The position numbers and the translations under genes are program-made. Shown here one piece after another: positions 23,043 to 37,062 of a stretch of DNA of 64,000 nucleotides. The stretch's first letter is position 1. Each line of letters opens with the position of its first letter. The stretch is from Coniocarpon cinnabarinum (taxonomy: Eukaryota): assembly GCA_051942205.1 (NCBI GenBank), contig JAVECO010000049.1:62001-126000 (forward strand). The letters are read 5' to 3'. Under the pieces are notes generated by a model that did no database searches, had not been told where the DNA came from, and saw nothing but the letters and a program-made list of their open reading frames with translations.

Positions 23043-26000
23043 TTACAACTGCCCACTCAGTACTGCCTCCGTCGCGCTGCCAATGTAAGCCCTCTTCGCG
23101 TCGAGATTTACTCCGAATCTTCTCTCCAACTCAACCTTGACGCTCTTCTTCGTGACGTGCATCAGATCCGCACCTCGCAAGATCTCGCGGATCTCAGCGA
23201 GCAACGTGTCGTCACTTGGTAATTGGACCAGATCCGTCATCTCGTAACCCGCACCGGGCAGTGCCTGCGACCCAGACAGCGACATGCTACTCGTATACCT
23301 GGGCGGCGCGCCGAGGCTCACAGGTCGTGAAGGTGAGTTGAAACCGAGTTGTGATTCCGATCTCAGCGCTTGAGTGTGCACTTGTGGGCCGTAGATCCCA
23401 CCGGCTTCCGACTTGGGATAGAGCACGCCACTCTTCGTGGCATAAGAGATGCCGGAGACTTGCGAGCGGGTCTCGTCATCGGCGCCGCCAGTGGCTGTTT
23501 GGGCCTCCCACAACTCTGCCTGGTACTCTTCCCAGCGCTTGTGAGGAATGGTGGATGGGTCGAATTTGCCTTCGTCAGACACGACGACCTGGCGACCCTT
23601 CTCTCCGGTCACGACACGAGTGTTACCCCAAGAGAAGTCGTCCATGTGCCAGAAACTGTACAAAGGCAGCGCCATGGAAAAGATGGGTATTGCCAGAATG
23701 TAGATAACCATCCAGCCCACCATCTCCCATTTTCGACGAAGGATGAAGATGATGGCTTGCAGACCGTAGATGGCACCGAGAATGATGAAGGACCAGATGG
23801 GGATGTTAGATGGATCCGAAGCGATTTTGTAGATGAGATAGGCAATGTAGCCGACCACGACGGGTTGCACGATCGTGGAGAGAAGGTCAACAAAGACGAC
23901 GAATCGCATAGAGAAACAACAGAAACCGCAGAGCTGTTGGAGAGGGATGAGCTCCATCAGGTTGTGCACAGTAGAGTTGATCCAGCGACGGCGCTGTGAT
24001 AGGAACACCTTCCAGCTTTCTGGGGCAATGGTCCAAGCATGGGCACGGAAGATGTATTTTGTCTTGTACATGCTGTGGTGCTTGATGAGCAAGGTTGTCA
24101 GGTAGCGATCTTCACCCAAATGCAACAGATTCTTCATGTGCAATGTATCAACACGGATTTCTGAGTAGGCATCAACCACCTCTCGAGAGACAAAGAGCGG
24201 CTTGCCAGTCTCCGCGGCGCGGATTCGGTACATGGAGAAACATCCGGGTAAGCAAGTGACCGAGCCGAATAGGGATTCAAACGCTTTCGTCAAGTTGTGT
24301 GAGATGTAGTATTCGTAGACCTGGATCATGGTGATGATGGAGGATTTGGCGTTTGTAAGCGCAGTTTCACCGCACACTCCGATCAATCGCGTATCGTCCA
24401 CAAAAGCAGAAACGAATCGAGTAGCTGAATCCGGTGCAACAACAGTATCGGCGTCGATTTGTAGCAGGAATTCGTAGAAGGTTGGATTCACGCCAATGAT
24501 GTTCCGTATCTGGTGATGCATCTCGAGTTCGAGGGGCGTCATAGGAAGGTTGTAGTGAACACGGTTCAAGAAGCGCATCAGGATCATCTGCGAATCTCGC
24601 TTGCCTCGGTTGCCTGGACTGTGGTAATGTGTAAGCCAATCGAACTGAATGAAGAGAGCTGTTTGTAAGACTTACCGAGAAACTTCTGACGGTTTTCCAA
24701 TTTTCACAACCACGAGGAAAGGCACAATATGACCTTGCACCTCATACAAACCTGAGTAGACTTTACCCATGTTATGTTGCTTTTGGCCCTCTCCCAAACT
24801 TTCGAAGCTCAAGGGTTCAGGATCCACAGTTTCTGGAACGCCGAGAATGTCCAGCACAATACGGGGTGTCGGTCGATCGTTTCCTTGTCCAATAATCATA
24901 CCGTCACAGATTATGAAGAGCAATTTGCGCTTGTCATCATATCGCATGCGAGCCGCCGAGTCAATGGCACGACGAAGAGATTCTTCATCTTCGGTGTATG
25001 CGGGAACAGTGGCGATAATGAACTTGTCGAGATTTTCCGGCAGAGTCTTCTTGCCAAACTGCAACGCAGCCAAGAATTTGAACCCAATGATGGTGCAAAG
25101 CAATAGCGAGATCGCAAGCATGAGGTAATTCGCAAACTGGCATTGGGGTGAACTTCGTGTATCCAGAGCACCGACGTAGAACAGATTGTCGAGGCAGACC
25201 TGCATGTTAGTACGAGTTTGCGCATCCAACGATAGCGCCTGCCACTGCTGTGAGACGTCTTGGCCAGCGTTTTGTCGGAATAAATCAATCACATCATTGT
25301 TCATGTATGTGCTCGACGCATCTGCGTTGAGTGTAGAGCCGGTCCAGTTGGACGGATATTGATTAGAGACACCACCGTTGATGTATGTCGTGAGGTCGTA
25401 GACACGTCCATTAATGTGAGAAATGTACTTTGACTGTTTGTTGACGAGAGTCTTGATGTATTTGGGGGAATACGCGACGCGACCCTTGAAGAAATGCTCC
25501 TCCAGATACAGCATCTGCTCTGTCAGCCAGTCTGGACGATAGTCTGTGTTCGGCTGCCCGTTCTGACCGTAGGACCAGCGGAAGTCGTGATATTGAGCGT
25601 TCGGGTCTGAAGCACTGATCTGGTTTGTTTCGCTTGAGTAGTTCGTGCTCTGGAAAGTAAGCTGGACTGCTGGATCAATGGATCCCTCTTGACCTGGGCA
25701 CATCGACGAGACTTGCACTGGAAACAACGCTGTGACGTCTTTGCCTGCATACTTTTGTAATGTTTGAGCAGGGATGATGTTCGGATAATGTGAGGGGATG
25801 AAAGCTCCAAGATTGAAAACCAGCCCTCGCATGGCAACAAACGAGTCTGCTCCGTCCTGGCCATTGTGATCTGAAAGCTCCTCCAGTGAGTAGACGTACT
25901 GTTTCGGACAAATCAACATTGGGAAGCCGATGATGAAAAATACTGCAACAGCGCAGGAGAGCCAAATGAGCAAGTTGATGGCGTATTTTTCTCTCCACGC

Positions 26001-28840
26001 GGACCGAATATCCTTTCGTTTGATACGACCAAAGACACTGATGGCAAAACCGGGGATGTACCAAGTGAGCAGCCAGACAACAAACATCCAGCGCTTTCGA
26101 CTGCCGGTGACTTTGACGGTGTCAACTTCTTCCATGGTCTTTTCATTGCCCTTTTCAGCCATCTCCTCTCTGGTTTCCATGTTCTTAAACATGTCACCGG
26201 TGTTGAAGGCTGAACCGGCGGCTTCGGATTTGGCGTCGATTTCCTTACTACCAAAATACCCACCTGACTTGTCGTCGTGAAAGGACTGCGTGTTAGGATT
26301 GAGTAAGTGCATTCGAGAGTCGCTGAGGCCGCTTAAATGAGTGTCCGGCAGGAACGTGGTACGTTCGTGCATGGGAGTCTCCTGATTTGATGGAGGTTCG
26401 TGAACAACGCCGCTCTGGTGGTCCTTTGCGATCGACATCCAACATCGCTCGCTAAGCAAGACACCAGTGAGACCAATGCGGGCCTCGTTGCCAGGCCATC
26501 GCTTTTCCTCGAGAATGGCAGACGCCTTCTCTCGCTCGCTGCCCATCATGATATCGTCGGGTAGAGTCTGGCCAATGAATTCACCAAATGGCATAAAGAT
26601 GCTGAAGTCTGCGTTGCGCAAGCGTTGACTGATCTCAGCGATGCCCAAAGTCTGGATCTGGGCGCGCACACATTTGCTATCGAATTGATTTGCGATGCGA
26701 CGATCATTTGGCTTCAGACAAAACACAAAGTATGGATTAGTGTTTGGCGATGATATAGATTTGGTGATGTTGTCGAGCGAGGATAAAAACTCGGCGGAAG
26801 CACCGGAAGTTCCAGGGCCAGCTTCAAGTTTACTCCGTCTTCCGTTCTTCGTCTTGGTGGCTGGTTCGTCGTCAAGTCGGCTCTCTGGCGCAGGAGATCC
26901 ATCGTCATCGAATGGACGAGAATTGAAACGTTGGGGACGGTCTCCTCGTCGTCGGGCTACACTTGGCGCGCGAGACGGTTTTGATCTTAGCGTTGCTTGC
27001 ACGACGGCGTTTTTGTCTTGCGGGTGAAGTACGGTTGTGAGCGCTTCCTGGCCAAACAGATTTTTGACAAAACCACTCTTCGTGGACTTCATCAGATTCA
27101 TGAGGTCACCCGAGACGACTTCGCTGTTCTCCTCAAGAAGACCGTCCACGGGGTACTCAACCTCACCAGCCCAATGACGGACCGTGAAAGATGCATTTGT
27201 GTTGCGAGTCTGGAAGTTGCTGCCCGGCATGGTGGTCATTGTAGATCCGACTTCGATCGCGGGGTTTTTCCCTTCAAAACGCTTGCGCATGCTTTCAAGA
27301 AACTGATGGTCGGTCTTTCCGCGACGCATTTGGTCGTCCAAAATGCTGAGTAAACCGTTTCCTGGCTTCAAGAGGCCTTTGACTGCGTCCGAATTGTCGA
27401 AGTAGCTGGTGGGCGGTACTGAAATCTCTTCAGTCTCTAACATCCCAGCCTTTTCCTCGAAGAAGGAATGCAAGCAGAAGTGATACAAAGATTCTGTAGC
27501 CGCGTTATTCAGGAGCTGATCAAGAGCTGATCCAGTTGAGCATTGCTGAGAGAAACCAGGGAAGTCGACCATAGATACTGTGTTACCGATAGCTTCATCC
27601 ATGGCGCAGACACGTTGATTCACGGTTTCCAGAACGTATGCAACCAAAAGAGAGTACAGCGTTCTCGCAAGCTCGTCCGCGTTGTCACGAGCGCCTTTTG
27701 GATCGAGCATGACCGTGACTCGCTCACGATGCAAAGTCTTAGTCTTGTAACCCAAACTCGTCTCCAAGTCAGACTCAGCAATACCAAGAAATGCTGCGAC
27801 AGCCTCAAGGGACTCTCTGTTTCGAACACTGGTGACCGATTCGCCACCCTCGTGAGAGTATCCACCGCTGTCGTCAGGAGCCGTTGTCGTAGACTGTGTG
27901 GTATGGAACTCAAGTTGTCCAAGGTGCAGGATTGCCGCCAGAGTTTGACAAATTTCGGCAATCTCAGACCTTGGGAACTCGAGCTTACGAAGGGCAGTCT
28001 TGAAGTGCTGAAAGCCTTCTGCGTCATTGATTCCGACCTTCAACTGGGTTGGGTGACCCAGATATCTCCAACGCTTTTGACTGTTGCCGATGCTTGCGCG
28101 GTTACCAGGCTCATTTGCTGGTTGTGCGGGTAGGTCGAGCCCCAAGTGCGATTTCTCCGCTGCACTGGTCCCTGCCAAAAGATAATACAGGATGTGAAAG
28201 CTTCTTTCGCCAGTCGGAACAGATGCAATCCTGCTCCTTTCTAACCGATGATCCAGAAGCTTACCGCCAATCAGTGTTGGATGCATAGAGGTCGTTGTGT
28301 CATACTGGAGTTCGAAGAAGAGACCAGCTTTTGAAGCGGTGGGGGTGGTGACAGATTTTGTGGTTGTCAACGTGTCGAAAACGAATGCAGCGTAAGATAG
28401 CTTCGTCGAAAGCGGTGTTGAAGACATGGAGAGCATAGACGAGAGAAAATGCGACCGAATGGTAGTCTTGCCTGCTCCTGACTCGCCAAGGAAGACAAGG
28501 GCCTGATTCTCGCCACGCTGGCCCAGTCGAGTCCACGCTCTCGAAGCGAGCTCTTCAGCAGCGCCCATGGCGCTACCCTCTTTGCCTCCATTCGGACCCT
28601 TTTGTGAAGACGTGTATGTGTTCAATGCAATGAGAGCGTGTGAAGAAAGCCGAGCGGTTGGAAGTGAGACATGGAACCTGCTAGCTAAGTGTGCCGTGAT
28701 ATGCGTATCACTTTGAAGATGTGGAGGCAAGGATGGTATCTGAGCTACAATCAGCAACACCCAGCGGGAATTGACCGCAAATGTCGACTTACGGAGTCTT
28801 GAGCATGCTGTGGAGCCCCGCCAGCCATGAAAGATGACAT
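23043..28840 (-). CDS. csmA: Class V chitin synthase with myosin motor domain (CsmA/ChsV); introns 28740-28792, 24619-24675
   Basis: P-loop GESGAGKT, cytochrome b5-like segment, [21 protein letters not shown]-type C-terminus. Confidence 0.96.
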
Positions 28841-29966
28841 GGTGGGCTCGTATTAAGTTTGTGATGCAGGAAACAGAACGATCCTGCGAGCAAACGACCG
28901 TCTATCGTTGAAGCAAGAACTCGCAACAAAAGTTGCGATCAGGGAGTTTTCGTCAAGCAGAGGGCGTCATGGGCGGGCGTCAAATGTGCTGCAAGGCTGG
29001 AATCGAGACAAGAAACGAAGGTAAGGGGCCTTGTTTCGTGCGGAAGAGACCACCGGAGGTACAAGCGAGCGACTGGAACCAGCTCCGAACACGTGGTAAG
29101 AGAAATCAATTAAGGCTGAGAAAGAGGCGATTAGCGAGATTCGAGAGGATGAAGAGGAGGGAGAAGGCGAATGAGAATGGGGATGAGGGCAGGCGCTTTT
29201 GGCGAAGAGGGCGCGAGAATTATTGAGGGAGTTGTTTGGCTTCGAGAGCGGCCAGAATACACAGAATACAGAGCCGACGGACGAAGGCGACGATTTGGGT
29301 TGCGGACATGCATTGGCCACCGGGCGCCAGGGGCTCTCGTATACGCAGCTGCCCGAAACGGTGCATTCGCGAGCTGCCATATCGATAGCCCTGCAGAGCC
29401 TTGGCAGCCCGTGTGGCTTGGGACGAATTCACTGGGTCGAAAGCACGCTAGCCCCGAGCGCCAGGTCCCAAACAGGCAACCCGTAGACACGCAAGCAACG
29501 GAGGTGGCAACGGAGGCGGCATCCGCAGCGGTCCCCAGTGTTTATGCCGACGTCTGTAAAATGTCATGAGAGATTTTCCTAAGGGGTCAGTTCTATTTTG
29601 TATCTCCAGTCCTCGCTAGACACACTCGATCCATCCCTCCTCCTAACCGCCCTGCTCCTCAACCATCTCCCAACCTTCGTTTCCTTTACCTCGTCGTCTT
29701 GTCAATCGCTTGTTGTTGCTCACTGATCGTTGGCGGGTCGAGAGAATTGCTTCGGTCGTCTCGACAGCATCTCGTTTCTCCGCTCGTTCTAGCAGCAGGA
29801 TTCGCCGCCCGGAACTCTGAGGCTAGCCTTGCGTGTCTGCTGCGTCCCAGCTGTCTCACTGCCTTTCGTTTTCATCAAATGCTCTTCTAATCCCAATTGA
29901 AGCGAGCTTTCGCCGTCGTTGAGCCCTCCAACTTCACTTTGCATTGACCCGCGGCAACCAGCAACC
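28841..29966. promoter_or_regulatory. Shared bidirectional promoter of the two myosin-chitin synthases
   Basis: 1.1-kb head-to-head intergenic region with pyrimidine-rich leaders on each gene's sense strand. Confidence 0.6.
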
Positions 29967-32900
29967 ATGGCCTACGCCGCCAGCCGATTATCCTCTTACT
30001 CCAATAATTCTAATCTCTCCCGGGCGACTCCTTTGCCATCAGCCCAGGTCTCGACGCAGACCTTGCTCAACGCTCTGCACAGCTCGTACTCGCAGTCGAA
30101 ACCTCTCAATCTCGAGTCGAGCACCAGCCTCGTCGTCAACACATGGCTTGCCGCTGCACGAGAAGGGCCTGATGGTAGACTGGGGGGCACTGTCGACAGT
30201 GAGATCGCCAGTCGAGCTTGGGAACACGCCAGACGCCGAGCTGAAGATGCTTGCATCGTTCTGGGCTCGCTGCACGAATCCACACCGTCTCTGTTCGCCC
30301 CCTTCGTGTCCGCGTTGCCCATTTCGACACCGAACATCTTCTACACGGCGCTCGCAGCCGTGCGACCATTCCTTACATGTGCCACACCGTCGAACCCTTC
30401 GACTTCCAGGCACTCTGCTCTCGCTGCAACTTTCACACTCAATCTATCTGGCAACCTAATCGGGGCGTCGCTGAAACTCTCCACATCTGGCATTGATACC
30501 TCTCGAGGACTTCTGAACGTCCCCGCTGAACGGGGTTTCAGAGCTTTCGACGTATTCTATTATCTACTCAGTGCCGCTTCATCCGCTAAAGAACGCGAAT
30601 TTCTTGGCCTCCGAAGTCCTCAAGACTACACGCTGCTCCAGCGGTCTGGAACATTTGACCCTCCACCATATCTCCCCACTGCAGACGACGCAGCGGCTGC
30701 AGAGGAGTTTCGCGACAATTTGAAAGCCATTGGCATCACTGGCCGTGCACGTCGCGATCTGGTCTCTGTGCTGGCGGCCCTGCTCAAGCTCGGTGACACA
30801 TTGGGCTACTTGGTGGATGATGACCAGTTAGCGGGCGTTTGCGAGGACGCAGCTGGCCTTCTCGGGCTAGAACCGGAAGTCTTGCTCCAGAAATGCTCCT
30901 CAGAAGAACGACAAATACTCATTGCGGGTATCTACGAATCTTTAGTCGACTGGATCATCTCCAAAGCTAATCATGCCATCACCGTCGACTTCCGCGGTGG
31001 CAAGCGCAAATCCCACAGTAGCGGCAGCTCCAGCCCGGATGCCTTCACACCTACTTCCAGCGAGGAAGAGAATGAAGAGACTGCTTGCATCACAGTTCTG
31101 GAGTGTCCCAATCCCGACCTTGGAAAAGCCGTTGCACTCCGGACCGTCTTCGACGATACCGAAGGGATCAACGCTGAAATGAAGCAGGACGGGGTTTCTC
31201 TCAGCCCGGCTGGTCACTCCGTCATCAAAGAAATGCAAGACGCAGTGTCAGCCCATGAGCCAGAGCTGGGCATAATGGCAGGATATCTGGGCCAGCAGCA
31301 GGAACTACACAGAGATCGAAAGGAGGCTGTCCTTGAAAAGGTCAGTCACGAAGTCGAACTAGGCGCTTTTCTAAAGGGTCTCCTACTCCATGCTGCTGGT
31401 CATCAGACTGTCGGCCATGCCAACCGTTTCGACCTCATGACCGTGATCGGCAGCAGTCGTGTTTGGTTCCACCTGTGCTTGCACCCAACGGATGAAAGTC
31501 CTGCGTCGATAGCTGCAACCTCCGCTCCGTGGTCTGCCGGTGCTCCCTCTCGCCAGCTGCGTGCCTGGCGGCTGCCTGAGTGGGCAAACCGACGGAATAA
31601 GCAACTCGACTATACCGCTGACTTCGATCTTGACGAGTTTTGCACACGGTACTCTCGTCTGGGCTGCAAGGAAGGCTATGACGGGATTGAAAGCTTCACC
31701 CTGGAGCGTGGCTGGAGTAATGGTGAAGTGCATATTGGGACAGAGCGCGTCTGGATCCGAGAAGGTCCGTGGTGGGAGCTGGAGAGCATGTTGGACATGG
31801 TGCCACCAGATCACTCTCCCGGTAATGTTATGGGCGGGAACTTTGGAGCAAACCCCGAGACTGGCAGTGGCTTCTTCACCACACCGTTCGGAGATAATAT
31901 GACATTGCAGGAAAGTCGCGACAACCTCCTGCAGCACAACCAGAGCACCACAACTCTCGAACATCACAGTCAGGCGCCGCCCGCTCGGTCTATTGCTCCC
32001 ACCCAAATGACCGCACGGAATGTCAGTACTGGTGACTACGGCCTGGGTACCACTGGGGATGCCAAAGCTACTCTGGACTATACTCATGGCTTGGACCCTG
32101 AGCTTGCAGACCCGAAGCACGTTGAGGAACAGCCTATCAGCAAGACACGTCGTATCTGGGTGAAACTCGTATGGGCACTAACATTCTGGATCCCCTCGGT
32201 TCTCCTGCGTTCCATCGGCCGTATGAGACGACCCGACGTTCGTCTTGCCTGGCGAGAAAAGTTGGTTCTTGTGTCTCTTATCCTTCTGCTCAATGGGGCG
32301 ATCATGTTCATCATCGTCGGACTGGGCAATGTACTGTGTCCAAATTTCGACAAAGCTTTCAATGCTGTGGAATTGGCTACTCACCAGGGCTCAACTGACT
32401 TCTACGTTGGCATCCACGGCAACGTTTATGATATTACTAAATTCGTCAAGGTTGACCATGCTTCTGGTGCTGGCATTCAAATACAGCAAAGCCAAATCCA
32501 ACAAACCGCTGGACAAGTCTGTGGTGTCATGTTTCCACTGCCAATGGACGTTGCGTGTCCAGGCTTAGTAACCTCGGACACGTTTCAAATGTCTATCAAC
32601 CAAACCGCGGTCCCTGAAAACATTCAAGGGTATACGGGCCCGCCGCTCCAGCACCGATCTGGTCAATTAGCAGCATATCCGAGCATGAGGGACAAACACT
32701 GGTATCAGAATACGTTCCTGCCGACTATGAAAGACTATTACAAGGGCGCCTTGGTCTGGTCGGTTAACGACATGAAAAAGCAAGGCAATCAGCAAGGACG
32801 GCAGTGGGTCCGCATCCACGACAGCGTATTCGACCTCTCACAATATTTCTACACCAAAGCTGCCATGCAGAACTATCCAGCTGCATCTTTCTTGGATCCC

Positions 32901-35363
32901 GCCGTCGAGGAGTTTGTACAGCAAAACCCTGGCGGCGACGTAACCAGTCAGTGGGAGTCATACTCATCCAGTAACTCGTCCGGCGCCAATCTCAACTGGC
33001 AGTGTCTGAACAACGCCTTTTACATTGGAGAGACTGACTTCCGTGAGGATGTCAAATGTCAATTCACTAATTACCTGCTTCTGGCCTTTGCAGTCATCAT
33101 CTGTCTGGTCATTGGTGTCAAGTTTTTGTCAGCACTGCAACTCGGATCCAAGAAGCGACCTGCTCAACAAGACAAGTTTGTGATATGTCAGGTGCCTGCG
33201 TATACCGAAGGTGAAAATGAACTGCGAAAGGGTCTAGATTCCTTGACGTCCCTCGCCTACGACAACAAGCGGAAGCTCATCATGGTCGTGTGTGACGGCA
33301 TGATCGTCGGTGGCGGCAACGACAGGCCGACTCCAAAGATTGTGCTGGACATTCTCGGTGTCGACCCGAAAATTGACCCGCCCGCGCTCCCCTTCAAGTC
33401 TTGCGGCGTTGGCAGTGAAAAGCTCAACTACGGCAAAGTGTATTCAGGTCTTTACGAATACGAGGGCAACGTCGTGCCGTACTTGGTTGTCGTCAAGGTC
33501 GGTAAAGAATCCGAACAAACCAAGTCGAAGCCAGGCAACCGTGGAAAACGTGACTCTCAAATTATGGTTATGAACTTCCTCAACCGAGTGCATCATCGTG
33601 CGCCAATGTCTCCACTGGAGTTGGAAATGTTCCATCAAGTCAATAATATTATTGGTGTCGACCCCGAGCTCTACGAGTACTTGTTCATGGTGGATGCCGA
33701 TACGACCGTCTCTCCTGACTCCCTGAACCGCCTGGTCGCGGCCTGTGCTCATGACGCAAAGATTGCAGGTATTTGCGGTGAGACAAGTTTGGAAAACGAA
33801 GAAAAGAGCTGGACGACAATGATTCAAGTCTACGAGTACTACATTTCGCATCATCTTGCCAAGGCTTTCGAGAGCTTGTTCGGCAGTGTGACATGTCTTC
33901 CTGGTTGGTGAGTACAGTAGCGCCTTTTCCCAGATGCATGCGTGCCTTTGCTAACATTGAATACTAGTTTTTGCATGTATCGTCTGCGGACTGTTGACAA
34001 AGGCAGACCCCTGATCATTTCCGACAAAGTCATCGATGAGTACAGTATCCAAGCCGTCGACACGCTCCACAAGAAGAACCTGCTCTCGCTCGGTGAGGAT
34101 CGATACTTAACTACACTCATGACGAAGCACTTTCCCGCCATGTCCTACAAGTTTGTGCCATCAGCATATGCAAAGACTGCAGCTCCTGAGTCGTGGTCTG
34201 TGCTACTCTCCCAACGTCGCCGATGGATCAACTCGACAGTCCACAACCTGGCGGAACTGGTCTTGCTTAAGGATTTGTGTGGATTTTGCTGCTTCAGTAT
34301 GAGGTTCGTGGTCTTTATCGATCTATTCGGCACCCTCATGCTTCCGGCAACCTGTGGATACATCGCATACATCATTTACCGCATCGCCGCTCACGTTGGT
34401 CCAATTCCGTATATTTCGATTGCCATGATTGCTGCCGTATATGGCCTACAAGCAGTCATATTTATCATCAAGCGACAGTGGCAGCATGTCGGATGGATGA
34501 TTATTTATCTGCTAGCCTTCCCGATCTACTCGCTGGTATTGCCTCTTTACTCATTCTGGAAGCAAGACGATTTCTCATGGGGCAACACACGTATTGTCAT
34601 TGGCGAGAAGGGCAACAAAGCAATTGTGGCTACGGAGGACGAGGGCTTCGACCCTCGTGCCATTCCGCTGCAGTCTTGGGACGATTATGCTCTGGCGAAC
34701 AATCTGCCTGGACGTCGCGGATACAATGCTCAGATCACGTCGGAGAAGGCATACGGCGCATACGCTGATGAAGTTGAGCTGGATGACATGCGATCGGTCT
34801 ACTCGTCTGCGAAGCCAGCCTCGACCATCATGACCGGCTTCAAATCAGCCAATCCCAACACCTACCTGCCGTCGCAGTCCCCAGCACCGTACGGTCGTCC
34901 TACCATGCAATACCGACAATCCACCATGTCTGGCATATCGTATCACGACAAGCCTCCTTCGCAGGGACATTCGCCGTACATGGCTGGTCGACCTCAAAGT
35001 GGAATGAACAACTTTGCCTCCAGCGAGAACTTGATGCACATGGGCTCGCCAACGCACGGTGCACAATCACCGGTGCCCATGAATCGAGCGGGCCGAAAGT
35101 CACCGATGGGCTTCCAGCCCGGGTCGCGGCCCGGCAGCAGCATGAACCTGCCCAACTTCCGCGACACGCAGAGCGGGATGGTGGAGCCGAGTGATGGGAC
35201 GATTGTGGAGGCGATACAGAGCTGTCTGCAAGTGGTGGATCTGGACACGGTGACGAAGAAGCAGGTGAAGGCACTGGTGGAGCAGCGGCTGGGAGTGACG
35301 CTGGGGACGGAGAAGAAGGCATTCTTAGATCGCGCGATTGACGACGTGCTGGCGAATATGTAG
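29967..35363 (+). CDS. csmB: Class VII chitin synthase with degenerate myosin motor-like domain (CsmB/ChsVII); intron 33908-33967
   Basis: Short myosin-like N-terminus without P-loop ([10 protein letters not shown]), b5-like domain, VDADT, spliced [27 protein letters not shown]-terminus. Confidence 0.95.
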
Positions 35364-36651
35364 ATTGGGAGACAAAACATGCGAGGAGGGTATTTCTACT
35401 GTACAAAAATTTAGAACATGTGGACGGGCATCGCATAGGAGGGAAAGGACTGAGCGCGCATACGCGAGGGTTTTATGAAGGGGAGTATGTGGGAAAATGG
35501 CTGGTGATGTTGCATGACGAGTACATAACAATCTAATGAATCCGATGGACACCTTGACTCTCAAGTTGTCACTTTGGGTCTCGACATGGATGCGCCCCAT
35601 TGCTCTCGTCGCTGGTCTTTGGTCAAGCATGCCCGGTCGTTAGTGTGACGTACGGAGGCGCCGAGTGTCGACAGCAAAAGCACTGCAAGGGCAGGGTAGC
35701 GCACATATGAGACGAGTCTGAACACAGAGCACGTGGGGTCATGATCCTCAGGGTTGATTCCTGCTCCACTGCAACCCTTTGCGATTCTCCATCTGCTTCG
35801 GAGCCGCGGATCTATCTACGGCCGCGAAGCTTCTATCACTCGACGATATTCATCACCACCGGATGCTGATCCGATCTTGAGGCGCGGGGCCTCACTACTT
35901 TGACATTGGGAGCGCCATTAGTGCCATATCTAGATGCGTTCGATAGCCTAGGCGATGCCGGTGTGGCACCGCGGTAGGATGTCCTTCTCCGGGACGTGTG
36001 CTATTGCAGAAGTCATAAGCGTCATTATCACAGCGTGCACAGGTAGGCAGTCACGTGGGCATGGGAAGCCCCACAATCAAGGTAGCTAAAGCTAGAGCTG
36101 CATGCCACCTCGTGACTTGTGACTTTGACTGCTACCAGAGCTTCTCCGACCGGCACAAAGACCGCAGCCTCTTACGCCACTCATCTCATGCTTTCACTCC
36201 TGCTCTCGCCGTCGCCTTGTTTCGGCGTCAGATGGTCCCGCTTGCTCGAGCCCATTGGCGCACACATCTCTCTCTCGCCCTTCCGCTTCTCACCCCATCT
36301 CGCATTGGCTGCATCTACCTTCTTGCGTTGCAGCCCGCAATGTTGCCAATGCAAAGCTTATGCGATACATGTGCCTCCAATGGTCCACCCTGCGGCCACC
36401 GGGCAACATGGCTAGTTGAGGTCGCTGAGGTGGATGCGCACAAATGGCGCCCTGCGCTTTTTCTGCCCTGCAGCATTGCTCGCCGGTGATGATATGATCC
36501 GCTGTTGGACACGCACTTTTCGCGCACTCTCTCGCTTGCCAGGCGTTCTCTCGTTCGCTCCTTCGCCTGTTGGGGGAGCTCCACGCGTACATTGTCACCT
36601 GCATGCAGCTCGCGAACTCTGGAACCGGCGTTTGCAGTCCCTGCCCGCGCA

Positions 36652-36658
36652 TATATAA
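36652..36658 (+). promoter_or_regulatory. TATA box of the small metallothionein gene
   Basis: TATATAA followed by a CT-rich tract, about 160 bp upstream of ATG 36818. Confidence 0.6.
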
Positions 36659-36817
36659 CTTCCTCCCCCTTCCTGCTTCCTTTCTTCCTCTTCTCTCTTC
36701 CACCACACTTTGAGATCGATCCATTGCCAGTCAATCAAGCTTTCAATCAACCAACTCGGTCAGATTCAAACACCGTCTATCAAACCCAATTTTCAAAGCC
36801 AACTCTCAACTGTCATC

Positions 36818-37062
36818 ATGGCCGGCTGGTACGATTTCTACCATTACCGAGACGTCCATCGTCGTTTGCTGACCCATATAGCGACTGCCAGACCTGCTGC
36901 CAGGGCGGCTGCAACTGCGGCAACGAAAACTCCTGCGGCTGCTCGGTAATTTCCCTCCTTGACCCAAATCTCGACTTTGCCCCCAAGCCCCGCCTTCACC
37001 GCACCATTGACCGCACTCGCGCGGCCCGGGTCTTCAGACTGCTGACCATGACGCAGCACTAA
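36818..37062 (+). CDS. 26-aa metallothionein MAGCDCQTCCQGGCNCGNENSCGCSH; exons 36818-36828, 36882-36945, 37057-37062
   Basis: Two GT-AG introns, each with a GCTGAC branch point; 8 Cys in CxC/CC motifs; size and composition like short Neurospora-type Cu-thioneins. Confidence 0.85.
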
